Origin: Takakia lepidozioides
Taxonomy: Eukaryota > Plantae > Bryophyta
Length of the DNA stretch: 64,000 nucleotides
Assembly: GCA_030704615.1 (NCBI GenBank)
Contig: CM060734.1
Span: 21,824,001 to 21,888,000, forward strand
Direction of reading: 5' to 3'
Positions 1 through 11,494 of this stretch are shown in pieces. Under the pieces are notes generated by a model, which searched no databases, had not been told where the DNA came from, and saw only the letters and a list, made by a program, of their open reading frames with translations. Positions within the stretch are counted from its first letter, which is position 1. Each line of letters starts with the position of its first letter. The translations under genes were made by a program, and so were the position numbers.

Positions 1-330
1 ACTCATCCACAAGGACCTCATTGCCTCTGGAATCCCTTGTAGAAACGTAAAAGACTGCGGATCCATCCAAATACCCATGAACAAACTCGGCCTCCAACAT
101 CAGGATGTCCTTGACGAGGGGTGGACGAACGACGGGCATGGAAACCAACCTACACAGGGGAATCTTCAACCGCCCACCCGGGGCAAGCATACTTTACACC
201 ACAAGCTGAGAGTTTACCTCCTGACCCCCCAACATCTCAGCGGCTTTGCTTTCATAGAACTCATCGTCTACATCAACAATGATCTCCTTCCCCTGCCCCG
301 AAGGGATCTCATCCGCCACACTTTGCATCT
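1..330 (-). pseudogene. 5' part of an uncharacterised, probably transposon-associated protein, possibly ParB/Srx-like; runs off the window
   Basis: Manual translation: MQSVADEIPSGQGKEIIVDVDDEFYESKAAEMLGGQEVNSQLVV*SMLAPGGRLKIPLCRLVSMPVVRPPLVKDILMLEAEFVHGYLDGSAVFYVSTRD; one in-frame stop. IPLxxL...RP...L...F..G spacing resembles ParB N-termini, but the diagnostic motif would lie outside the window. Confidence 0.35.
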
Positions 331-373
331 TCTCCTACAGGGTTGTTCATTCAATTTGATATAAGAGAGAGGC

Positions 374-1763
374 ATGAAACGATGGTGTTTTGAGCATGGC
401 AAACAGGCCTTGTGTGGCCCAATTTCTCATCAGAAAACAAGCATTGTGGGGGCCGAAAACACCGTGCGTTGCCGCACAATGTTTCAGCTTCCAAATTCAG
501 GTGTTTTGAACATGATATTTGGCCCCATGTGGCACATTTCCACAAAAAAAACAGGCAGAGAGGGGGCCACAAGGGGGCACAAACAGTGTGCATTGCCGCA
601 CACTCTTCGTGCTTCCAACTATGGGAGTTTTGAGCATGCATATTGGCCCTGTTAGGCCCAATTTCACATAGAAAAACAAGCAGAGAGGGGGCTCAAAACA
701 GTGTGCGTTGCCGCACACTGTTTGAGCTTCCAATAAGGGTTGGATTCAACCTGCCAGAGTGGCCCCAGGAGACCGATTTTCACATCAAAAGCAATCACAT
801 AAGGAAGCTCAAACAGTGTGCGTTGCCGCACACTGTTTGACCTTGCAATAAGGTGTGATTTTAATATGGCATAATGGCCATGAGTGGCCAATTTGAAATA
901 AAAGAAAAGGCAGTGAAGGGGGCTCAAACAGTGTGCGTCAGCGCACACTGTTTGAGCTTCCATTTTGGAGTCGAATCAACTTGCCAGACTGGCCGTAGGT
1001 GCACAATTTCCATATCCATAAACAAGCAAATCAGGGGGCTCAAACCATGTGCGTTGATGCACACTGTTTGGGCTGCCAGGTAAGTGTGAATTAAACCTGA
1101 CAAAGATGACCTTTGTGGTCGATTCTAAAATGCCAGCTGCCAGGTAAGTGTGCATTGAAGCTCAAAGAGATGCCCTATGTGGCCGATTTTCAGATAAAAA
1201 AAACAATGACATGGTGGGCTGGAATAGTGTGCATTGACGTGCACTGTTTGAGCTGCTAGGTAAGTCTGCATTGAACCTCAAATACATGCCCTACGTGGCT
1301 GATTTTCACATGAAAAAAACAATGACAAGTTGGGCTCAAACAGTGTGCGTTGACGCACACTGTTTGAGCTGCCACTTAAGTGTGCATTGAAGCTCAAAGA
1401 GATGCCCTATTTGGCCGAGTTTCAGATTAAAAAAACAATGACATGGTGGGCTCAAACAGTGTGCATTGACGCATACTTCTGGAGCTGCCAGGTAAGTGTG
1501 CATTGAAGCTCAAAGATATGCCCTACGTGGCCGATTTTCAGATTAAAAAAACAATGACATGGTGGGCTCAAACAGTGTGCGTTGACGCACACTGCTGGAG
1601 CTGCCACGTAAGTGTGCATTGAAGCTCAAAGATATGCCCTACGTGGCCGATTTTCAGATTAAAAAAACAATGACATGGTGGGCTCGAACAGTGTGCGTTG
1701 ACGCACACTGTTGGAGCTGCCACATAAGTGTGCATTCAAGCTCAAAGATATGTCCTACGTGGC

Positions 1764-1806
<43 letters not shown>

Positions 1807-2745
1807 AATGACATGGTGGGCTGGAACAGTGTGCGTTGACGCACACTGTTTGAGCTGCCAGGTAAGTCTGCATTGAACCTCGAATACATGCCCTATGTGG
1901 CCGATTTTCACATGATAAAAACAATGACAAGTTGGGCTCAAACAGTGTGCGTTGACGCACACTGTTTGAGCTGCCACGTAAGTGTGCATTGAAGCTCAAA
2001 GAGATGCCCTATGTGGCCGATTTTCAGATTAAAAAAACAATGACATGGTGGGCTGGAACAGTGTGCGTTGACGCACACTGTTTGAGCTCCCAGGTAAGTC
2101 TGCATTGAACCTCAAATACATGCCCTATGTGGCCGATTTTCACATGAAAAAAAACAATGACAAGGTGGGCTCAAACAGTGTGCGTTGACGTACACTGCTG
2201 GAGCTGCCAGGTAAGTGTGCATTGAAGCTCAAAGAGATGCCCTATGAGGCCGATTTCGAAATGAAAAAAACAATGATAAGGTGGGCTCGAACAGTGTGCG
2301 TTGACGCACACTGCTGGAGCTGCCAGGTAAGTGTGCATTGAACCTGAAAGATATGCCCTATGAGGCCGATTTCCAAATGATAAAAACAATGACAAGGTGG
2401 GCTCAAACAGTGTGCATTTACGCACACTGTTGGAGCTGCCATGAAATTGTTGATTGAACCTCATAGAGATACCCTGTCTAGACGATTTTATTTTGAAAAA
2501 AACAATGAGAAGGGGGGCTCGAACAGTGTGCGTTGCCGCACACTGTTTGAGCTTCCAATTCGGGGTGGATTGAACCTGCCATAGTGGCCCTATGTGGCCG
2601 TTTTGCACATCAAAAAACAAGCAAAATGGGGGGCTCAAACAGTGTGCGTTGCCGCACACTGTTTCAGCTTCCAGTTCGGGGTGGATTCAACCTGCCAGAG
2701 ATGCCGTGTGTAGGCTATTTTCATATCAAAATACAAGCACAACTG
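374..2745. repeat. 116-bp tandem satellite, ~19 units, each with a 36-bp palindrome
   Basis: GCTCAAACAGTGTGCGT-TG-ACGCACACTGTTTGAGC or variants at ~451, 577, 691, 807, 922, 1038, 1218, 1334, 1450, 1566, 1682, 1820, 1936, 2052, 2169, 2285, 2401, 2517, 2633; central period 116 bp; poly-A expansion at 1770-1805. Confidence 0.95.
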
Positions 2746-4271
2746 GGGTTCACATCAGCAATGAAGCACAAAGGTGGGTCTCAAACATTGTACCTTTTTT
2801 TTGGCTGCTCCAGAAGACTCCCCAATCGCCGGGGACCCTTTGCGCTTCGGACTGCTCTCTACGCTGAGCATGTTCTGGAGCATCTCCCCCATCCTCTTTT
2901 CCACTATCTAGCTCTTCGTGAGGCCAGCATCAACATCATCTTCGGCGTCTGTCTCTCCCTCGGATGCAGTCTCCTCCTCACCTGTTCTTGGATGTATGGC
3001 GGACTGCTGTTCTTGTCCAGATTCCTGCTCTTCCATCGTCAGACTTTCCTCTTTGCCATCTTCTTTGCCCTTTTCCTCTTCGTCTACTATTTCCATCCTC
3101 ATTCTATATCTGGCTCTATTCATGTTCCTAGTGCTCATGAAATATAATGACTTCCTTCTCTTCCTCCTCCGCTGGAAACAAGGGCTCCCCACGCTGCCTC
3201 TAGAGCTCTCCAGTTTGACGTTTGCAACAAGGGTTGCTATGGCATGTAATCAAAATAAAAATTGGACATTGTTAACCGTATTTGGATGCGGGTGTTATCA
3301 TTGTGGGCGAACGGAATTCATCCATTTCGACGTCTTTGTATTGTCCAAGAAATAAAGTGCTAGAAAAAATGTACATCCGTTACATGTACTTGTGATATAT
3401 GTCAGATGTACTTCGCCGCCTGCCAATATATGGCAACCTTCTTGCATTCTTTCAAATTCGGAAGTGTCGTATAAATCTAATGCTAGTTCAATTTTGTGCA
3501 GTACTTGCAGATTCGCAATAATTGTTATGCTTCACATATGCATCCACATGTGTTCTACTGCCTACTCTTTGGTTTGCATTTTGCCGTCACCGTCGCAATG
3601 TGGTCATTCGGTATAAAGGGTTTTGTCGGCAATGGTCATGTGTTGCACACATTCGTGCGAGGTGTCTCCCAGAGTGTCAGTGTTTGTGCTGTGCTCTTCT
3701 GGCACAGCACAACCTCATTACATTCGGGGTCTTCCTGTTTACTGCTCTCCAGGGTTGTTGTCGTCTTTCCATAATGGATGGTTTCATGTCATGTTCAGGG
3801 TTTGTTTTTCATCCAAATACAGCACGGCTTCTTGTGGCTTCTTGTCTTTGAAAACAGTTTTTCTGGTTGGTGTCTCTTAGTGTGGTTGTCTGCGAAGTTT
3901 GGTGCATGTCATTCCTACATCCTTTGCATGCATCGCCCGCAGTCTTTGGGTTAGTGCTAACCTTATTGACCTCAGTTTGTTTGTGGTGGATCCCCTTTCC
4001 AGAATTACGGGCTATCAGTTCGGGGATTCCGTTGTGAATCGCAACTTTCAGTCAGTGGAGGAAAACATGTCGAGGGAGCGAGATAGACTCGCTCGATTTC
4101 ATTCCAATGCAGGTAGTCTTCCACTGACTACCACTACAGACGACGATGGGTTTGCAGTTGTTCATGAGGATGAGCTGGTTACAGTGTTCCCGCTGGAATT
4201 GGGTTCTCTGCTATTCAAAAAGAGGTGTATGACGAGGATGGGAATTTGGATTCTGGGCACTTGGAGAACCA

Positions 4272-5700
4272 TTGGTTGGCGAGTGTGGAAGGACGTGGAG
4301 AGTCCTTCCAGGCACATACCGTGTCCTTGGAAAAGAGAGAAGACAATCAGCAGGATCAGTAGTTACCCCTGGCACTGCAGCATCAGTCGTGCAGCAGAAG
4401 AGCACAGGTCATGTGAAACAAGAGGTGAGCACATCCACTACATTCGTGACTCTTTCAGACTCGTCCTCAGAGGATGTTTCTGAGATTCCTCCGCCAGTGC
4501 AGACTCCCATCTTGGATGATGACGAATTGCAGGAGATAACGAGTGTCATTCCGAAATTGAAAGTCCTCGCAGGGGTGCCTGGGTGCAATAACGAGTTGCG
4601 TTTTGTTGATTGGGAGTCCCTTCGTGTGCAGCGGGTTCAATACATGCCAGCAGAGTTTGATGGGGACATCTTGTTTGAGCTCAACCCTCCCACATCTTCC
4701 AGTGGACTGGCTGGGCTTCTGCAGGGCATGGACAAGAAACATGACGGACACCCTTGGTGCAGGACAAAAACATCGAACATCCACAACGACATTGGATTGA
4801 AATTTCGAAGGTCGATTTGCGTTGGGCATTGCAAGTTCGTGAATATTTCTTGCCCTCGGCTGAGAAACAGCGCTAATCGGCTGATCACGAATCGGGTGCA
4901 GATCGGGTGCAGATCACGAATGCAAGATGGAATCGGCTAGAATTTTGCAGGCTTGGGTGACTTGTATCACCGAAGTCCCTGCCCCGGGATATGGACGGAT
5001 TTACACAGTGCTGTCTATTGGCTCAATTCTTCATGGCAAAGAATATCAGGTTACCGTGGGGAGTTTCCCTAAATGCACTTGTCCGGATTTTGTAACGATG
5101 CGTGAGGGCGCTCTCGGCATGAGAAGGAAGTGGGTCCCCTGCAAGCATCAATATTACATATACCTTGTAATTATGTGTTGCGACGGTAAGAGAGACCAAT
5201 TCATTCACCAAGCCACACTAGGCTACGGAAAAGTCATCACCCTTCTGCAGCGGGACACCTCACATGGGGCTCTGCCAAATTCTCTTTAAACACATACGAG
5301 CCATGCCCGCTTCCCATGCTGGTTTCCAGATTACCGTGTGAAGACTTTGCATTTATGACAAACACATTCATTTCGTTCACGGAACCAGGGCAAATGCACA
5401 TGCCATTCATTGTAAGCGTCTATCTGTGAATTGAAATAAAGTGTGTCAATCATTCTGAGCTCAAATCTGCCATATTTTCATATTCCTCTTTTTGTGCAGG
5501 CATTGCAGACATGGTGCATGGTGGCCCCCTTTGTTTTGTCCACGGTAATAGGCCCTCTTCCTGCAATCCTCGCCTATAGGACCTGCTTCTCCAGCAAATT
5601 TGTGCCGCTCATGCTTCCCTGAAGCGTGAGCTCAGCTCACGCTTTGCAGCTTCAACGTGAGCTCAGCTCCCAGGCTCACGGGGCTGGGCTCACGCCGTAG
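4272..5700 (+). mobile_element. Internally deleted MULE-like transposon copy (N-terminal DNA-binding region joined to SWIM finger, DDE core lost)
   Basis: GMDKKHDGHPWCRTKTSNI (ORF 4272-4940) and FPKCTCPDF...CKHQYY (ORF 4927-5289) match the two ends of the 8531-11494 transposase; palindromic GCGTGAGC..GCTCACGC motifs at 5624-5697 near the right end. Confidence 0.8.
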
Positions 5701-5706
5701 CTACGC

Positions 5707-6120
5707 TGATGGTGGACTAACTTGATGCCACCCGCACTGCTCAAGCGTGCATTTGATGGGGTGCAGCGGCCAGCACACCTCACAGTGGATAGCATTTTGG
5801 ACACAGGGAGGCAGTCTCAACGTGTGAGACACGATGACCGGTCGCCTTTGGCAGTGGTCAACAGGGTGAATCAACCACGAGCAGCATTACTTACATTGCT
5901 CAGCTTCCCAGGATCCCATGCTTTTTGGGATGGTGGACCTGGCCTCTTGTGGGATAGCCAGTTGCAACAATTAGTGGAGCCCAATGCTGACGAGCGCGAG
6001 CGAGCGATGGGTTTTACCACTGGTACCACGGCGGTGCCATCTCTTTCTGAGGCATCACGTCGTCAGGTGTTGGGGCAAGCAATGGATCTCAATTGCTTGA
6101 CCTGGATTATCAGCTTGGCT
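5707..6120 (+). pseudogene. DNMT3-like DNA (cytosine-5) methyltransferase C-terminal part (motifs VIII, IX, X) within the Gypsy polyprotein
   Basis: WWTNLMP matches motif VIII (DNMT3A YFWGNLP); DERERAMGFTTGTTAVPSLSEASRRQVLGQAM matches DNMT3A [32 protein letters not shown]. Same frame as RT. Confidence 0.82.
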
Positions 6121-8530
6121 ATGGCTGAGCAACGCAGAGTACAGAGTACACTTCCCTTCATGGTCTCCCCGCCTACCGAGACGGTACAGGCAGCGAGTGG
6201 GGGCGAGCAGGTGAGGACCACGAGGTGCAGGCCGCATCCATGGCACACGTGGGAGGTGCTCGAGGTTCAGAAGGAGTTGGCAGCCAAGGCGGCGGTGATG
6301 GATCAGGTTGGGGATTTTTCTCGGATTGAGGAGGTCCTCAAGAATGGGATGATGGGGCAGGATGAGACATTGTCACTGACAGAGGAGGTAGTGGTCACTC
6401 CTCAAGAGGTTGCAGCATAGCAACCACGGGACGCGTCTTCTACCTCTAAGCCTGCTGGACTCAAGGTTGCAGTCACGGAGGACAACTGGGAGCCTGATGT
6501 TGGACCTATAGTCACCGGAGGAGAGAGACGACGTATACAGCGGTTCTTGAGGGCTTATAAGAACTACTTTGCCTTCAGTTTGAAGGACTTAGGAGCACTG
6601 AAGGGTCAAGAGATTCGCATTGAATTGGCTACTGATACGCCAATCTTTCGGAGACCCTATAGATACAGTGACATGGAGAGGTCCTTGATTCAGATGAGAA
6701 CTCAGGACCTTTGGGAGGCTGGTTTGGTGGAGCTATCTGGGGGAGAGTATGCTTCAGCCACAGTGATGCCAGCCAAGAAGGATGTATATGGCAATTGGAC
6801 GGAGAGACGTATGTGCGGTGATTACCGGCCTGTAAATCGTCAGACCAAGTCCGATAGGTATGCTATGCCGACACCAGAGGAGATCTTTGATGCCATTGGG
6901 CATGCCAAGGTCTTTAGCACTTTGGATTTATGATCCGGATATCACCAGTTGCCGATCAAGGAGGCGGATAAGCAGAAGACGGCATTCTGGGGGATCAATG
7001 AGCACGGGAAGGATTGCCTATACCAGTGGCGGTTCTTACCATTTGGGCTTAAAAACGCTCCTGCAGAGTTTCAAAGAGTTATGGACAGGATTCTAGCAGG
7101 GGTGGAGTTTGCTCGGTGCTACATAGATGACATCATCATCTTTAGTGCTATGGTGGAGGAGCATGAGAGACACCTTCAGGGGGTAAGTTACATCCAGGAA
7201 AGTGCAAGTTTTTCCACAACCAGATTGAGTATCTGGGTCACATGATATATCCTGGAGGATTGGGGGTACAGCAGACTAAGGTAGAGTCCATTGCACAGAT
7301 TCCATGCCCCACGGATGTGAGCCGAGTTCGAGCTTTCATGGGGTTAGTAAACTATTATAGACGGTTTGTTAAGGGAATTAGTGCCATTGCAAAGGCTCTA
7401 ACCAAACTGACCAAGGTGGACCAGGAGTGGCAGTGGGAAGACGAGCAAGAACAAGTTTTTCAAGAGCTCAAGGCGAGGTTGACCTCGGCACCCATCTTGA
7501 GACGACCTATCAGGGGGCGTCCTTTTCAGCTGCATACAGATTGGAGCATGATGGGGCTTGGAGCGGTGCTCACACAGGTGGATGATGAGGGAAGAGAGTT
7601 CGTAGTGGCTTATGCTAGCCGCTCAAACAACGCTGCAGAGTCTAAGTATAGCTCATATGAGGGAGAATGCTTAGCTGCAGTGTGGACCGTGGCACACTTC
7701 AGGTGCTATCTATACGACAATCTCTTCACCCTTGTCACAGATCACCAACCACTCAAGTGGTTGATGGAGTCGGACAAGCTTACGGGGAAGCTTGCACGGT
7801 GGGCACTTATCCTTCAAGAGTATGACTTTCAGGTGGTGCATCGACCGGGTTTGGTCAATCGGGATGCAGATGGGTTGAGTCACAATCCATGCACGAGCCA
7901 GCAGGATGACACTGGAGCTCGGTGGCATGGTGAGACGGACGAGGAGATGGTGCTCGGATGGCATGCATCTGCATTTCTGTGTATCTTGGTAGCGGAAGAC
8001 CAGGTTGGACCTGCAACAGGGATGATTGTAGATCAAGTGTCTGAGGACCCTGAGGCTAGCAACGAGCAAGGTGGCGCCAAAGATATACATGAAGATTCAG
8101 TTGTGTTGGACTACCTCCGCACTGGAGACACTGCAGCCACTGTGACTACCAAGGAGAGGGATCGGATCCTACAACGAGCCAAGAGGTTCAAGTGGGAGGG
8201 GACACACCTGCTCCGAGTGTGGGAGGATGGTCGAGTGAGGATTGTGCCTCACCCAACACAGCGGGCACGGTTAGTGCGGCATGCCCATGAGGAGTTGGGG
8301 CATTTTGGGGTGCAACGCACTCGTAGTCTACTGCAGGGGCAGTATTGGTGGCGTGGTATGCACACAGAGGTGCAACAATTTGTGGCTAGGTGCATGGTGT
8401 GTGACAGGGTGCGTGCTTCATTCAACGCCCCTACTCCACAATTGCACCCTCTTCCGATCATGGGATTGGGCTATGTGTGGTGTAGTGTGGACAACGATGT
8501 AGTTGTGTAGCGATACGTATGCGCACGACA
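5707..8530 (+). mobile_element. Truncated Ty3/Gypsy LTR retrotransposon: DNMT C-terminus - RT - RNase H - integrase zinc finger - LTR 3' end
   Basis: RT motifs RMCGDYRPVN, LDL*SGYHQL, LPFGLKNAPAEFQ, YIDDII; RNase H FQLHTDWS, YSSYEGECLA, LVTDHQPL; integrase HEELGH...CMVC; truncated at HPLPIMGLGY; 8475-8530 matches the end of the LTR at 48223-48729. Confidence 0.92.
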
Positions 8531-11494
8531 CTACCCATGTGTTGTATCCCGCTGCAATAGAGTATCGACCTCGTTGAAACTCATAGTGGCCTGGTGAATG
8601 AAGTTGTCACGTTTGGGATCGCAAACCATCCTCTTCAAAAATATGAAATACAAATGTTTGCAGGGTATGAATTTACCTCTCTTGCCCAAACTGGTTGATA
8701 GCATATTCACAAAATCACGACATGTACAATTGGGGAAATTGGAAACCGTGATGTCGTAGGTCCTGTCATGAACAACAGATATGGAAGTGATGATTGTGAA
8801 TACCCGACCATATCCTGGATCGGGTACTTCCGTGGTGCTTCCAACACGAGCTTGGAGCATTCTTGCGGACTCCACTTTGCCAAAGTGTTCAGCGGTTGGA
8901 GGGAAACGCCGAACGAGCTTTCCATCTCGTTTGGTTGGCCACAAGTCAGGATTTGCCGGGGGGACTCGGGAGGACGCAGAAGTAGTAGCACATGCATGGA
9001 GTTGGGGTTGTCTCGCAAGGGAAAAGCCTGCTTCCTCCAGCATTTCAATCTCCTGAAATCTGAGATGTGTTCCCAGCTTCACGGGCCAAACGGTTGGAGG
9101 AGATGGCTTCATCACTACTGAAGGACGCACAGTTCCATGCACACATCTGGCACAATCATCTGTGCAGAACCAAAACTTGTGGTTCTTGGCTTCTGGTTGA
9201 CCGTATGGACGCATCAAACCCGTGAAAGTCGGAGTAGGAGTTCGGGCACCATTTCTAGATATAGATGAAGTGTACTTCTTGAAATTAGTTGCCCTGATCG
9301 CTGTACATTTCACACGAGACCCTACACTTGTGCGTTCTATGTGCCAAACGTGGTCGGGGCATGCGGACTCAAGCACATCAAGGGGGTTGTTTCTCTCCTG
9401 CACCATTTCAATGGCACTGTTTGATGCTGGAGCTTGCCGTCGTGTTGGAGGTTCCTCCACAATGGAGGTTCCGGACATGGAGCTGTCATGCAGGGGAACA
9501 CGAGGCTTCGAGAAGTTATCACGGTCTGCCCTGTGTGAATTGGAATCCGAACCAGGTGGAGTGTTCAATTTCCTCTTACAGGAGCCAAATCTCTCCTCCC
9601 CTTCAAGATGTGGAACTCTAGAAACAAGTGGTGTTCCTTGGGCATATTTGTTCACCGCCCGTGCTATCTTGATTGGATCCCCAGATCTGTTTGCAGCACG
9701 CAACATCAACTCCCATTTGTCCGGACCCTTGCCACCAACCCCACCTCGCAAGAAATCACGGTATCGGGTTTGTTGTTGCAAGGCACGTATCAAATCATCT
9801 GTTGTTGCCACATACAAATCCCGACCTCATTTCCCAGACTGCTGCAACCATGCATTGTGCACAATTTCTGCCAAATTGCAAGATGGCATGTCCGTCATTT
9901 CCTCAATGGACATGTTCTGCAAAGTAGAGAACCACACTTCAAAACAGTGAACAGAAAACAACATAAAGAAAGCGAGGAGACAATAAAATGGAAAGTAAAT
10001 GTATGAATAAAGCAAGAAATATAAGCCTCGTACCACTGCCATGGCTGCTCCCCACTATCTATACCGGAAATGCCAAAATGCCAGCCAATCTTCCAATGCT
10101 CTCATACTCTCAAGTGATGCAGCTCCAGAAGAGAACCACCATGCACGAATTGTCTGGAACAAAGTGTCCGCCTCCTTCATTGTTCTAGCATATTTGTACT
10201 CTTTGCACAATTTACGGTGCTGAGTCTGCATCTCTGGTTTGATGTCCGACTTTGTATGTTTTTCCAGAGATTGTGTCCAATGGAATAGACATGTACGCTC
10301 TCTTCCTCGCATTGGCACTTTTGGGTCGCCCGATCCGAAGACAATACGAACAGCATTGAAATTTGCTTGAGCACTATCCACCATGAAACCTGCGAAATTT
10401 GGAGATGGCAACCCATGGCAGCCCATGACACGTATCAGGGAATTCCACATGAGCTTCTGGGATTCCGTATCCTCGGATTGCATGTCACAAACTGCAATTG
10501 TCATAACTCGTTGGTACACTGGATCGTAGACATGACAAGCCATTGTCGTCCAATCCTTCACTCGTTTCACATGATCAAATATAAGAAAACAGTTCTGCAA
10601 GTCCCCAGTCTTCTGCATCCGCTTCACGAGGCTAACCCCACTGCCCTCCCCAACAGTCGACATTTTGAAAAGAAAAACTTTGATGGCACCTTGACCTGGG
10701 AATACATTGTCCTGGATGTAATCGTACTTGCTCACTCGTTTCAACTCCAAAATGTTGTCTATGTAGCCTCTGATAACAGAGCCCATTCTTAATGCATTGA
10801 TCTGATGCCGAATGTTAGGTGAACTCAAAGTGGAGAAATGATCCATGACCAGGTCCAATGCTGCACCGTCAAGTTTAGTCCCCACAGAATCCCCTTCACT
10901 CAAAATATGGCTTTCCAAGAAGGACTTGCTTGCGCCAAGAGCAATTGCAGATGTTGTTGCGGATGGGTTTATCCCGAACTCCTGTTTAATCAACCTCGAT
11001 ACTGTCTCAACACTCTCCCTGTAATCCCCCTTCGAGACAGGATGGTTATGGAATCCGAAATGCACACAAGCTCTTGTCATTGTTTTCAAACGGTGGACAA
11101 CATAGTACATTCTTGCTCCGCAGAGCGCCAAGCAGGATTACACAAGTTTGCAGAATTTGCAGACGAAAGTGTTTGCCGGTGGTGGGGCCGTCCCAGGCTG
11201 AAATGGATTTTCCGCCAGACCCTCCCATTCGCTTTGATTATGAACCCCAGACTGAAGAAAGTGTCTGCAATTCAAATTATCACACCTAAGGTGTCCATTG
11301 CAAACTGTTCTTCTGAAAATAAGCTTGTCATCATTCTGAATATTGGATGTTTTTGTTCTGCACCACGGGTGCCCGTCGTGTTTCTTGTCCATTCCATGCA
11401 TCATGATTGTTACACCTCCAACTCGCGGAGGAGGAGGCAGCTCGAATATGATATCGCCATCAAAAGTCTCTGGCAAGAACTTCACAGGGTTCAT
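8531..11494 (-). pseudogene. Mutator/IS256-like DDE transposase with WRKY/GCM-type N-terminal domain and C-terminal SWIM zinc finger
   Basis: DGHPW...C..C...CVHFGFHNHP; D1 IFDHVK; D2 FMVDSAQAN; CxxH TCLFHW; E in NLAEIVH; SWIM CTCRDF...CKHLY. In-frame stops at ~11138, ~10055, ~9827; probable intron ~10033-9918. Confidence 0.85.

Noticed and set aside
351-2659. Many short Cys/His-rich ORFs
   Set aside because: Translation artefacts of the palindromic satellite.
374-2745. CRISPR array (36-bp palindromic repeat with spacers)
   Set aside because: The 80-bp linkers are homologous to each other rather than unique, there are no cas genes, and the context is eukaryotic.
2780-3250. Acidic minus-strand ORF
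   Set aside because: Low complexity, internal stop and no recognisable domain; may be transposon cargo but cannot be named.
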